Assembly (NCBI GenBank): GCA_035459785.1 | Contig: DATHXF010000083.1 | Coordinates: 1-64,000 of the forward strand | Source: Rariglobus sp. | GTDB lineage: Bacteria; Verrucomicrobiota; Verrucomicrobiia; Opitutales; Opitutaceae | Direction of reading: 5' to 3' | Length of the DNA: 64,000 nucleotides | Part shown: positions 17,717 through 28,400 of the stretch, one piece after another | Layout of the letters: every line of letters starts with the position of its first letter | How positions within the stretch are numbered: position 1 is the stretch's first letter | Notes under the pieces: generated by a model | Told to the model about the DNA's origin: nothing | What the model saw: only the letters and a program-made list of their open reading frames with translations | Databases searched by the model: none | Made by a program: the position numbers and the translations under genes

Positions 17717-19534
17717 TCAGTCTTTAGACTTCGCGGGCGGAGTGTCGAGCGCGGCTTGGATTTCGAGGCGGAAGTCGGCACCCGCGGAGGCAACCGCAAA
17801 CTCCAGACGCTTGATCCGCGGCGAAGGCGTGTCGTTGGGACCAAGCAACGCGGCCTGATCCAGGACCCGCACCGCCACGGGCTGCGCACAGTCCGCCGTG
17901 ATTTTAAGCCGGCGGCCTTCCTGCGAAAGCACCACCGCCCCGGCCTCCGTGCGAATATCGGCCGTCGTCACCCAAGTGAATCGATAGATGCGGCCGGCCG
18001 CCAGCCCGCCAATCTCATCTCTTAACCGGACCAGTCCGGAGGGGCCGGAGGAAATCGTGCGATGAAGCCGGGTGACCACGCCCGGATAAAGGGCGGTGAG
18101 ATCAAACGCGACCGAAGGATGAAGGCCGGCGGACCAATGGATGCGCGGGCAGGCGCCGTCCGGCGACGGAGCCACGCCGTCGATACGCGGAATGGAATGT
18201 CCCTCGGGGCCGAGACGGAAAAGGCTCCAGCGCTCCGTATGCCAGAGATCCACCCCCATGGCCTCGAGACGGTGGTATTCCTCCATGCCGGGATCGATCG
18301 CCCAGCGCACGCCTCCGGCCTCGAGCACGAACGAACCGGCGTCCATGTGTCCATGACTGAGCGTCGCGCGACCTCCTTTGGCGCCCACCCAGACGGCATC
18401 GGGCGTCCATGCCGTGCGCCAGAACGAGACCGGGTTGGGCCCATCCCCTCCCCACGCCAGCGGCATCGGCATTTGATCCGCGAGGTGCTCGGGCTTCAAC
18501 CAGAGCAGGGAAAGCGCAAAGCAACGGGTCTCCGAATCGAGCACTGCATCAGGGGAGCGCTGAAGGACCCTCCGCAGGTTTTCGATCTCCGCGCGAGTGG
18601 CCGAAAAATCGTCGTAATGACGCCCAAACCAAAAGAGGGCAGGCAACGCAATGCGATCGTCGCGTGAATCAAAATATGAATAAAATTTTCCGGACGGACC
18701 GGTGATATGCGCCATATAAGCGGCGCTCTCCCGGAAACCCGGCAACAGATCAAGACGGTGCGCCGAGCCCGTTGCGCGGAGCAGACTCTCGACTGCCAGC
18801 ACATGATAGGTCGTCCCGTAGGACCAATAGGTCGGTCCTTCGATAAACGCCCCCTCCGGCGCGTAATTGGCACCGTGCAAGGGAAGCTGATCGATGCACC
18901 GGCGGATGAGTTTGTCTGCAAGCGAAGGACAACGGTGCCGCACGGCGAGCGCGCCCATCGCCAGACCTCCGTTGCACACGGCGTTCCAGTTGTTGGTGAT
19001 CGTGATGAAGACGGCCTTCGGGTTGACGAGGCCGGGCTCCAGCCCGAGCCGGATGAGCGCATCCTCCAACTCAAGTCGCTCTGCGTGGGTCAACTCGTCG
19101 TGCAACCAGTCCAGCCCCAGGGAAAACGCGCAACACATCTCCGCAACATCGAGAAAATGAGACGGATTCCAGTCCGTGAACGAAGCGGCGGCCTGAAGAT
19201 CGAGAATGGCGCGGCGTGCATGGCGCTTGTCCCCGCCAATCCGGTAAGCGATTCCACAGTTGATGACGCGGCGCAGCACGAGGCGGGAAATATGCAACAA
19301 CCGGAAACCTTCCATTTCCCGGACGGCCACCGGTTCGCTCAGCTCGTGATCGGCCAGCCGGCACACGAAATCGGCCAGATCACGCAGAATCCCCGGCTGC
19401 CGGATGGCTTCGCGGATGATGGCAAACTCCTTTTCACCCGCAAGAAGTCCCGGCGGGGAAAAAGATGAGGCAGGCGTCAACGGGACAGCCTGACCGTTCC
19501 CGAAGATCGCGGAGCCGCCAACGTTGGAAATCAT
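17717..19534 (-). CDS. Heparinase II/III-like polysaccharide lyase family protein
   Basis: 605 aa; (alpha/alpha) toroid N-half and C-terminal ...ATLSHGHMDAGSFVLEAGG... (GHxHxDxxSF) signature of the heparinase II/III-like family. Confidence 0.7.
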   Translation of the reverse strand: MISNVGGSAIFGNGQAVPLTPASSFSPPGLLAGEKEFAIIREAIRQPGILRDLADFVCRLADHELSEPVAVREMEGFRLLHISRLVLRRVINCGIAYRIGGDKRHARRAILDLQAAASFTDWNPSHFLDVAEMCCAFSLGLDWLHDELTHAERLELEDALIRLGLEPGLVNPKAVFITITNNWNAVCNGGLAMGALAVRHRCPSLADKLIRRCIDQLPLHGANYAPEGAFIEGPTYWSYGTTYHVLAVESLLRATGSAHRLDLLPGFRESAAYMAHITGPSGKFYSYFDSRDDRIALPALFWFGRHYDDFSATRAEIENLRRVLQRSPDAVLDSETRCFALSLLWLKPEHLADQMPMPLAWGGDGPNPVSFWRTAWTPDAVWVGAKGGRATLSHGHMDAGSFVLEAGGVRWAIDPGMEEYHRLEAMGVDLWHTERWSLFRLGPEGHSIPRIDGVAPSPDGACPRIHWSAGLHPSVAFDLTALYPGVVTRLHRTISSGPSGLVRLRDEIGGLAAGRIYRFTWVTTADIRTEAGAVVLSQEGRRLKITADCAQPVAVRVLDQAALLGPNDTPSPRIKRLEFAVASAGADFRLEIQAALDTPPAKSKD

Positions 19535-19624
19535 GAAAACGGAGGTTAGGATCGAAAGTCCCGTCCGCTAGCGCCGGAATGGTTAACCGTAAACCAAACC
19601 GGTCATCGCGGACCCGGGCTCCGC

Positions 19625-20662
19625 ATGGTTTTGCTCGTCGTCTATCGAATGACCGCATCGCAACCCATTGCGCCGAACGACACGCGACTGGCCTGGCCGG
19701 GCAGCATCTCGCTCGAAACCACGCCCGACGGTCACGTCGTGCCATGGCGTCTGCCGCATACGCAGCTTTCATTGTTCCCCTCTTATGAATCGTGGGGTGA
19801 TCTGTCTTACGTGTCCGCTCTTGTGACAGGTGTGCGGATCGCATTCACGAGCGATACCCGCGCGATTGCGGTGCGTCAGGTCGTCACCGAGTTCGCCCGC
19901 CCCCTTGATCTGTGTTGCGACGGCCGCCTCTTCGCCTCGGTCAAGCCGGACTCCGAAGGCTGGTTTCGTTGCGACCATCTGCCCCGGGGAGAGAAACGCA
20001 TCGAGCTGTGGCTGCCGCAGGCCGCACGCTTTGAATTGTGCGAATTGCTCCTCTCGGACGGAGCGAGCTTGAAGCCATCCGTCGACACGCGACGCCGTTG
20101 GTTTACCTATGGAAGCTCGATCACGCAGGCGGGCGGAGCGGCCTCACCCACACAAACCTGGGCTGCGATCGTCTCGCGCGAGAACGACGTGAACCTGACC
20201 AACCTCGGCTTCACGGGACACTGCCAGCTCGAGCCGATGGTGGCGCGCCTCATCCGCGACCGGCCGGTGGACGCGCTCTCCATCTGCGCCGGAGCCAACG
20301 TTTACACAGGCGCGCTCACCTTGCGCACCTTTCGATCGGCGATCATCGGCTTCGTGAAAATCGTGCGGGAAAAACATCCGTCCATTCCCATCGCGCTGAT
20401 CTCGCCGATCATCTCGCCACCGAGCGAAACCACGCCCAATGCCGCCGGCTGGACCTTCCCTCTTCTACGCGACGAAGTCGCTTCGGCCGCGCTCGCGCTG
20501 CAGGAGCATGGCGACAAACACCTGTTTTATGTGAACGGCACAGAGCTGCTCGGCACGGCCGACTTGGCAACGCTGCCCGACCAAGTGCATCCCGATGCGG
20601 AGGGCTACCGGCTCCTTGGCGCGCGTTTCAACGCAATCGTGGCTCAGCGTCTTTTCGGTTGA
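19625..20662 (+). CDS. SGNH-hydrolase-type esterase
   Basis: 345 aa; FTYGSSITQAGGA (GDS-like block I), C-terminal LPDQVHPDAEGY (DxxH). Alternative ATG at 19649. Confidence 0.55.
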   Translation: MVLLVVYRMTASQPIAPNDTRLAWPGSISLETTPDGHVVPWRLPHTQLSLFPSYESWGDLSYVSALVTGVRIAFTSDTRAIAVRQVVTEFARPLDLCCDGRLFASVKPDSEGWFRCDHLPRGEKRIELWLPQAARFELCELLLSDGASLKPSVDTRRRWFTYGSSITQAGGAASPTQTWAAIVSRENDVNLTNLGFTGHCQLEPMVARLIRDRPVDALSICAGANVYTGALTLRTFRSAIIGFVKIVREKHPSIPIALISPIISPPSETTPNAAGWTFPLLRDEVASAALALQEHGDKHLFYVNGTELLGTADLATLPDQVHPDAEGYRLLGARFNAIVAQRLFG

Positions 20663-20735
20663 CGGGCACCCGTGGAGGACATTCCAAAACAGACCGCATC
20701 CCTCACGCGCGAAGCAAGCGCGCATCTGCGCTGAT

Positions 20736-22100
20736 TCAGTTCTGATCGCCGGGCTCCGGATGCTTTTCTATCCAGGAAATCGCCGAGCCCTCGATCCGCT
20801 GTTCGCGAATGGTCTTGTCCGAAATGGTCTTCGCCCACTCGAACGAAGCCACGGGATCCGCCCCTTCCAGCGCGGCGCAATAGGCGGCGACGGCCACATC
20901 CCGCGAACGCGTATCCGGCAGGCTTTTCAACCATTCGCCGGCCGCGCCCGTGCTGCGAGTCGCCCAGGTCGCCACCAATTGTTCCAATGCCAATTCGCGC
21001 ACGGTTCCCTCGGGAAACTGCTCCACCCACTTCGCTGCCGCAGCCGGATCCGCGTTCGTCCACACCGCGCCGACCGCAAGCTCCGCCTGGGTTTTGGCGT
21101 CCGGCGTCGATAATCCGCCCACATAACCCGCGGCCGCTTTCGGATCTTTCTGCGCCCAGGTCGCCGCCGCGCTGACCAGCGCGGCGTTGCGCTCCGCGCC
21201 CGCGGGCAATGCGTTCGCCCACGCACTCGCCTGCCGGGGATCGAGCTCCGCCCATCGGGCGACAACCGTGTTGAGCAGGCCTGGTGCATTTTGAACGCTG
21301 GCATACATCGCGGCGGCATGCGGATCACTCTGCACCCAACGTTCGCTCAGTTGCACGAGCGCCCGTGATTTATCCGGTCCGTCCGGCAAAGCCTGGGTCC
21401 ACGCCACCGCACTTTTGATATCCGCACCGGCCCATTGCGCGATCACTTGCCCGAGCAGATCGGACCACACCGGCGTTTCCGGCGACGCCTCCGCCAATTG
21501 CCGCAACTTGGCCGCCGCCTCCGCAGGATCGGTCGCCGTCCATTGCCGGAAATACGAGCCGTAAAGCTCCTGGCGAACAGACTCCGGCAGCGATTTTTCC
21601 ATCCAGGTAAATCCGACGGCAGGCCCCCGCCCGACCAAGGCGCGTGCCAATAACTCGCGAGCCTCCTGGTGCATTTCATCGGCGGCGGCGCGCGTTCCAA
21701 ACCAACCGGCCATGCCCGCCAAATCGCGCCGGCTCCAACTGGTCAGCACCGCCTGGCGAACCTCGGCGCGATTGTCCGCGTCCGTCATGGATTCGATGTT
21801 CGCGAGAAACTCCGCGAGTGTGCCGACGGCCAGCGAGTCGGCCCATCGACGAAACAACTCGCGACGTCGTGCCGGATCGGTTTCCGCCAACGCCGCGTGA
21901 AGACCGGATTCGGACACGCGCGTGGATTCCCGCTCCACCGCCAACGCGTGCGGACGGTCGCCCGGCTGAGATTTCACTGAATCGAGAACACCTGTTTCCT
22001 CGGGCGCCGCATGGTGTTTGCCGACATGAAGGAAGAGCGCGCCCAACACACCTGCGGCCAGAAGGCCGGCGAAGGGACGGAGATAGGATTTGGGGTTCAT
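20736..22100 (-). CDS. Membrane-anchored repeat protein with ~33-aa W-x2-DP-x-AA-x-W repeats (HEAT-like solenoid candidate)
   Basis: 454 aa; N-terminal TM/signal; about 9 tandem repeats e.g. WAQKDPKAAAGYVGGLSTPD..., WTNADPAAAAKWVEQFPEG..., WAELDPRQASAWANALPAG..., WVQSDPHAAAMY.... Confidence 0.5.
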   Translation of the reverse strand: MNPKSYLRPFAGLLAAGVLGALFLHVGKHHAAPEETGVLDSVKSQPGDRPHALAVERESTRVSESGLHAALAETDPARRRELFRRWADSLAVGTLAEFLANIESMTDADNRAEVRQAVLTSWSRRDLAGMAGWFGTRAAADEMHQEARELLARALVGRGPAVGFTWMEKSLPESVRQELYGSYFRQWTATDPAEAAAKLRQLAEASPETPVWSDLLGQVIAQWAGADIKSAVAWTQALPDGPDKSRALVQLSERWVQSDPHAAAMYASVQNAPGLLNTVVARWAELDPRQASAWANALPAGAERNAALVSAAATWAQKDPKAAAGYVGGLSTPDAKTQAELAVGAVWTNADPAAAAKWVEQFPEGTVRELALEQLVATWATRSTGAAGEWLKSLPDTRSRDVAVAAYCAALEGADPVASFEWAKTISDKTIREQRIEGSAISWIEKHPEPGDQN

Positions 22101-22195
22101 GAGATTTCCAGGCCCGGTAAAACGGAAAGAGGGCGGGGCTTTCGCCCCGCCCGTTTCACGTTTTCACGCAGGTTGATTCCGCCGGTTTCTTTCGC

Positions 22196-24127
22196 TCAAG
22201 GCGTGGCCGTCACATTATCGAACGTGGCGGTGCCGAGCGTGGTGTTCACCCGGCTGTTTTTGGCCAGGCCGATATAAACCGTGGTTCCCATCGGAATGGT
22301 CGTCGTCGTCACCGTGGTCCACGTGACATTGTCGGAGGACCGGGCGGCCGTGAACGTGTTGCCGACGCGCGTCACGCGCACCCAGTAAGGCGCGGTGCCG
22401 GCTCCCGAAGACACGGCGGTGGTGGCTCCACCGGCAGTCGTCCGATATTGATAATACAAGCCGAAGGAAGGCGACACCTCCATGAACATATTGGGGGAAT
22501 CCGCGGCCAGCGTTTCACGGATCATGACACCGGCCTTGGCACCGTTGTGGGTGTTGGTCTGCGACGCCACGCGGGCCGTGATGCTGCAATCACCGCTCGC
22601 CGCCTGATAGGCGTATTGGAAGGAATCGGCGGTGCCTTGGATGTCCGTGCCGGAGCCATTGACCGTGAAGGTGCCGCTTGCATAGGTCGTGCTGCCCGCC
22701 ACGCCCACCGAACCGACATCCTGGTTTACCCAAGGCGAAGGCAGGGCGGCGGCCACCGGGGTCAACTTGATGTAATCAAAGTTCAGATTATAGCCGGCGC
22801 TCGAGGCATTCTTGCCCGTGACCGTGAACTTGAACGCCTTGTTGCCCGCCGTGCCGAACGTGACGTTGCCCAGGTCAACCTCGACAAAAATGCCGCTGCC
22901 ATACTGATCCTGAACAGACCCTTGATTGACGCCGTCAACCGACAGTTGGAACTGGCCGCGGTTTGATGTCGAAAGCGCCGCGCGCTTGAAGCGGACCTTG
23001 ACGTTATAGGTCCCCGTCTGCGCCACGGGCACCTGGTAGGTGATGTAATCGCCGACCGCATTGGCCTCGACTCCTTCGAACGCCCCGTTGCTGGCGGCGG
23101 TGTCATACGCGACCGACTGGGCGTCGGACGCAGTCGCCTGGACAATGGCCTCGGTTTCATAAATGCCGTTCACGATCGCGACCGGAGCCGGAGTGCCCGA
23201 ATAGGCCCGCACGCTGTCGATCACCATCGGAGACCCCGGGAGGCCCGCGTCGATGTCCGCGATCGGCACCGTGTTGAAAAAGTCCCACTGGGCGATCGCA
23301 CAGTTGAGGATCAGGTAGTGAGGGCAGCTGCCGATACTCGTGCGGCCATACTTGGTGCCGACCAGATCGCCATCGATGTAGAACTCCAGCTTGGCCGGAC
23401 TCCAGGCGACGCCGTAGGTGTGAAACTGGGTGTCGGGATTGGCGAGTTGGTTGACCTTCGTATACACGCCCGAGGCGAGATTCGGGTTGTATTGCCAGAA
23501 GTAGCCCGACTTGGCCTTCGCCATGCCCGTGGTCTGATTCTTCCACGTGCCCATGTATTCAAAAATGTCGATCTCGTTGCCGAACGCGACCGCACCGCCG
23601 CGGTCGCCAATGCCGACGCGGTTGTCGAGCGGTGTGACCGAAGCGCCACGGTCGGGCATCAACCAGAACGCCGGCCAGGTGCCGGGGCTGCTGGCCATTT
23701 TCACCCGCGCCTCAAAATAGCCGTAGGCCTGGGTCCAGGTGTTGTAGGTGCCGAACGCGCCGGAGGCGTAGGCCTCCGTGGATGACGTGTGACCGCCGTA
23801 ACCGATGTTCACGGCGGTGCGTTTTTCGGGTTTGATGATGCACACTCCGGCGGCTGCATCGACGATCACATTGTCAGGAGTATAGGCCTGCAGTTCTTCG
23901 TTGATCACGCCGACCCAGCGCATGCCCATCTGCCACTTGGCGGGGTTGAGGCCGGTCGTTCCATAAAAGGTCGTGAACTCTTCTTCGAAGGTAAGGGTCC
24001 AGTTGCCGGCAGGAGGTGCGGCCTTGACGGAACCGGCGGATAGAAAAAACAGGCTCAGAAGAACCAGGGACAATGGGCGCGCGGATGACGTGCGCCGATG
24101 CGAGGGGTGGGGATTGGAGTAGTTCAT
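22196..24127 (-). CDS. Secreted glycoside hydrolase family 16 with C-terminal carbohydrate-binding-module-like domains
   Basis: ORF 22196..24139 (GTG) trimmed to ATG 24125-24127 (MNYSNP... signal peptide). GH16 motifs WPAFWLMPD and GNEIDIFEY; C-terminal about 300 aa beta-sandwich/CBM-like. Confidence 0.8.
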   Translation of the reverse strand: MNYSNPHPSHRRTSSARPLSLVLLSLFFLSAGSVKAAPPAGNWTLTFEEEFTTFYGTTGLNPAKWQMGMRWVGVINEELQAYTPDNVIVDAAAGVCIIKPEKRTAVNIGYGGHTSSTEAYASGAFGTYNTWTQAYGYFEARVKMASSPGTWPAFWLMPDRGASVTPLDNRVGIGDRGGAVAFGNEIDIFEYMGTWKNQTTGMAKAKSGYFWQYNPNLASGVYTKVNQLANPDTQFHTYGVAWSPAKLEFYIDGDLVGTKYGRTSIGSCPHYLILNCAIAQWDFFNTVPIADIDAGLPGSPMVIDSVRAYSGTPAPVAIVNGIYETEAIVQATASDAQSVAYDTAASNGAFEGVEANAVGDYITYQVPVAQTGTYNVKVRFKRAALSTSNRGQFQLSVDGVNQGSVQDQYGSGIFVEVDLGNVTFGTAGNKAFKFTVTGKNASSAGYNLNFDYIKLTPVAAALPSPWVNQDVGSVGVAGSTTYASGTFTVNGSGTDIQGTADSFQYAYQAASGDCSITARVASQTNTHNGAKAGVMIRETLAADSPNMFMEVSPSFGLYYQYRTTAGGATTAVSSGAGTAPYWVRVTRVGNTFTAARSSDNVTWTTVTTTTIPMGTTVYIGLAKNSRVNTTLGTATFDNVTATP

Positions 24128-24327
24128 AAGAAACGCCACGTGTGATCATCCCGGATCAAAACCTCGGCAACGGCCGCTTCAGTTAAGGGTAAACCGATTG
24201 CCACAACCTCTTCGCGAAATGCAAAACGCCTCGCGCGAGAGGGAGAACCCGCCTAAAAAAGGCGCCGGTTTACTCTCAACCAACTGCCTGCTGGCGAAAG
24301 GCGCCCGCCCGCCTCCTGCATCCCTGC

Positions 24328-25383
24328 ATGCATCTTTCCACCCCTGCCTCCCTCGCTCATTTTAAAGGACGACTGCTCTTCGTCTCCGCATCCATCGGAC
24401 TACTGCTGCCCTGCGTTCCGTCGTGGGCGAGCCCAGCCGAAAAATCCTCCGTCGGCGGCGGCACCCTTGACGCACCCGGCGTCGGCCCCGCGCCCGCTTA
24501 CAACATCGGCGGCACCGGATTCACTCTCGTGAAAAACTGGGACTTCGGAACCAACGGCACCATCAAGACGATCACCGATCTCAACACGCATTTCCAATAT
24601 CACGACCAGTTCAAGCAGATCTCCAATCCCAACTATGGCGCGGTGATCGTCGCGCCGGACGACGCCACCAAGGTCGGCAGCCAGCCCGTCGAAGGCGTGA
24701 ACACCGTCACGAAGGTCCGCGAATTTTTCGCCGACTCGATGAAGACCTACCTCGTGCCCATCGACGGAGCCAAGATCATCACGAGCAAGCCACGCAACTC
24801 CGGCAGCGGTTCCTTCATGGCCAAATGGCGCCTGCCCAACGGCGGCTCGCTCCTCAATCAGGACCTCGTGTGGGAAACCCGCGTCCGCTATGTCACTCCG
24901 CCCTACTTCTGGTTTGCCCTCTGGACCGCCGGCAACGCCTGGAACCACGGCGCCGAGATGGATCTCATCGAAAGCTTCGGCTACGACAACGGCGGCGGCT
25001 CCACCAACTACGACGGGCGCAACTGGCACTCCGACGTCGTCGGCGGCACGTCCACCACCCATTACCACAGCAACTGGTCCAAGGGCATGAAGTCGCGCGG
25101 CATCGCCAAGTATGACGCCACGCAGTGGCACGTCTGGACCTGGCTCTACCGCAAGGACAACACCTTCGTCGCCTACGTGGACGGCATCCCCGTCCAGGAA
25201 GGAACCCTGCACTGGACCTACGGCGCCAAGGAGGACGGCAAGCCGGTGGACATGTGTTTCCTCTTCGACGGCACTTGGGGCAGCCCCAATGTCTCCGGTA
25301 TCAAGGGCAACACTCTCCCTGCCTCCGCCCTCACCGGCAAATACTACGAATGGGACTACAGCCGCGTGTATCTGAAAAACTGA
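24328..25383 (+). CDS. Secreted concanavalin-like (GH16-like) protein, immediately upstream of giant pseudopilin-like gene copy 1
   Basis: 351 aa; signal peptide; WFALWTAG and GAEMDLIESFG (ExDxxE-like). Assignment to GH16 is tentative. Confidence 0.5.
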   Translation: MHLSTPASLAHFKGRLLFVSASIGLLLPCVPSWASPAEKSSVGGGTLDAPGVGPAPAYNIGGTGFTLVKNWDFGTNGTIKTITDLNTHFQYHDQFKQISNPNYGAVIVAPDDATKVGSQPVEGVNTVTKVREFFADSMKTYLVPIDGAKIITSKPRNSGSGSFMAKWRLPNGGSLLNQDLVWETRVRYVTPPYFWFALWTAGNAWNHGAEMDLIESFGYDNGGGSTNYDGRNWHSDVVGGTSTTHYHSNWSKGMKSRGIAKYDATQWHVWTWLYRKDNTFVAYVDGIPVQEGTLHWTYGAKEDGKPVDMCFLFDGTWGSPNVSGIKGNTLPASALTGKYYEWDYSRVYLKN

Positions 25384-25459
25384 TTTCCGGGTCGGTTAAC
25401 TGTAAACAAGGCGCGCACTGGTGAAGGACTCGGCGCGACACCTAGCTTGCCGATACCCC

Positions 25460-28400
25460 ATGCCTCTCCCGCGTCCGCCTACTCAGGATCGCCGATCCGG
25501 CTTTGCGTTGCTCATCACGATCACACTGCTGGCCTTTTTGGTGCTTCTGCTCGTTTCCCTCGCCGCACTCACGCGCGTGGAAACCCAGGTTGCGTCCAAC
25601 AATCAGCAACTGGCGCAGGCCAGGCAAAACGCCCTCATGGGGCTCAACATCGCCCTGGGCCGCCTGCAATCGCTGGCCGGCCCCGACCGGCGCATCACCG
25701 CCACCGCCGACTTGATCGCCGGCGTCCACGACACCAAGCGCAGATGGACCGGCGTCTGGAACACCACCGCAGCCACCCCTGTTCCGGAGTGGCTCGTATC
25801 GACCGCCGTTCCCGCCTCGGCCCAAGGCAGCGCCAGCGTCGCCACGACGATTCCTTCGACGGGCACGGTGGGGCTCGTGGGTAGTAATTCGGTGGATACA
25901 AGCGTCCCTGGCAATGCCGTCACGGTTGAAACCCAGCCGATCACCTCCGCCGCCGTCCCCGGCATCTCCGGGACACAGACTGTCGGAAACTTCGCCTACT
26001 GGGTCGGCGACGAAGGCGTGAAGGCCAAGGTGAATCTGACCGACCCCGGCACCGCACCCACGGCCACCGTTGCCGAGAAAATCTACCGCTTCGTCAACGC
26101 ACACCGTTTCGGCATCGAAGGCGTGGACTCCGGCGCCGCCGGAACTCCGCTCTCCACCGGCTACCCGGCCAACGCGGCCGACCTGCCCAAGGTTCTCGAC
26201 CTCAAACAGCTCTCCCTGCTCGGCACCGGCGGACAAGCCGCGCTCACCACCGCCGCAAAAAACCGTTTCCACGACCTCACGGCTGCGTCCTTCTCCGTCC
26301 TCGCCGACGTCGCCAAAGGCGGCCTCAAAAAAGACCTCACCGCCTGGATCGCCGATCCCGCCGCACCCTCCAACCCGGTTTCGTCAAACGCCTCCGACGA
26401 CTACATAACGCCCGGCGATCCGGCCGACACCGGCAAATACGGCCTGCCCAAGTGGGCGCTGATTCGCAGTTACGCGACCACGTATAACACCGGCTCCGCC
26501 CTCGCCCCGCGCCCCCAGACCGCCACGCAGCAAGGCGTCTCGCCCGTGATCACCTACGCTCGCATGGGCTATAACCTGACCCGGCCCAACGCGGCTTCCG
26601 GTTACTATCGCATCAACATCATGCCGGTCGTCGCGCTGTGGAATCCCTACAACGTGCCTCTCCAAAAAAGCACTGGCGACGCCGACACCTACGAATTCTG
26701 CGTCAAATACAAGCCCACCGTCTTCGTCCGCCCCGGTGGCATCGTCACCACGGACGGCGTCCGGCTCAGAGTGGTTTTCACCTCGACCGTCACCCCCCAG
26801 AATGACCCGGACTCGTTCCACCTCGGCACCGTCCAGTTGCAAAGCGGTGCGGCGGGTCCGCTCGGCCCGGCGGGCACCTTCGCCTCTTATGCCGCGGGAA
26901 ACACGGCCCAGATATCCACATCCGCGACCGCCACGCCCGTATTCTGGCGTTTCAAGCTGAAGCTTTCCAAGGATCTCGCTCCCGGCGAAAGCCGCCTGTT
27001 CACCATCAGCGATGCTTCCGATGAAAGCCAGTATGTTGCCGGCCAATCCGAACTCAGTGACGCCGTGCTCGGCTCGAACAACGGCGTTTATCTGCCGAGC
27101 AACACCCCGCTGAACGCGAGCCAGATGGCCGAATCTCCTCCGGCCAGCGCCGCCCGCATTTTTTGGAACACCGAACCCAACATTGGCGGCAGCGATTTCT
27201 CGATTTATCCGGACGCGGCCATGATGGATTTCCGTCTCACCAAGCCGGTGCCGGCGGGCGAAACGAATCTCGCCGCCATCGACGCGTTCCTCGTCAACCC
27301 CGACAACACCTACCAGGCCATTCTGGGCAACGCCTTCATCTGGCGCGCGGACACCAATCCGCAGATGGGCCTGTCCGAGATGTTCCCGCCGCAGAACAAC
27401 GGCCGTCTGCTGACCTACCAGCGGATCGAACTGCTCATGTCCTCGAACTACGATCGTTTCGTCAGTGGTTCAGGTTCGCCGGGCACGCCCCGCTGGCTCG
27501 CCCAGCTCAACCCCCAGGCGGCCGTCACGCTGCGAAAATCCAGCGCGCCCACCAGCGTCAATACTCCGGCCGACGAAGCCAAGATCACGCCCTCCTACGA
27601 GAACCAGTTTTACATCAAGCGGGAAGCGGCCTCCCCCGCCGACTACCCCTACATTCTCATCCCCGACGCCAACGGCACCAACGTCTCGGCCGGCACCCAG
27701 GTCGCCACCCCTGGCACCCCGCAAAACGCCGTGCTGCGCGAGTTTCAACCCGACGCCATCACGCTGCTCTCCCTCGGCCAGTTGCAGCATGCCAACGCCT
27801 CGTTGATAAACATCAACCCGGCGCACCCCATCGGCAACTCACTGGCCAACCTCCATGTTCCGCGCACCGCCACGCAATCGGGCCTCCTTTCTCAGGACGC
27901 CTACAACACCTACCACCCGAACAACACCTATCCCGGCTTTCCCGGCAGCAGCCAGTTCCAGCACATCTACGACCTGTCCTACCTTCTCAACAAGGCGCTG
28001 TGGGATGGATATTTTTTCTCCACCGTGCCACCCACCCTGGCCGCCGCCGATATCCTCGCCCCCGGTTACCGGCTGCCCAACGCCCGGCACCAGTTCCATT
28101 GGAACAGCGGCTCCGCCAACGCCGCGGAACTTGCAGAATTGAAAGCCACCGCCACCGCAGCCGCGCACTTGGTCGTCAACGGCGGCTTCAACGTCAACTC
28201 CACCTCGGAACAGGCGTGGCGCGCCCTTCTCTACAGCCACAACGGCGTGACCACCCCGGCCGACACTTCCAAAAATCCCTATTCACGCTTCACCGCGGCC
28301 GCCGATTCCACGCAGACGTGGCTGGCGGCGCCCAACGATACCTGGCTCGGCTACCGCGTTCTCTCCAATCCCCAGCTTGACGCACTGGCCAAAGCCATCG

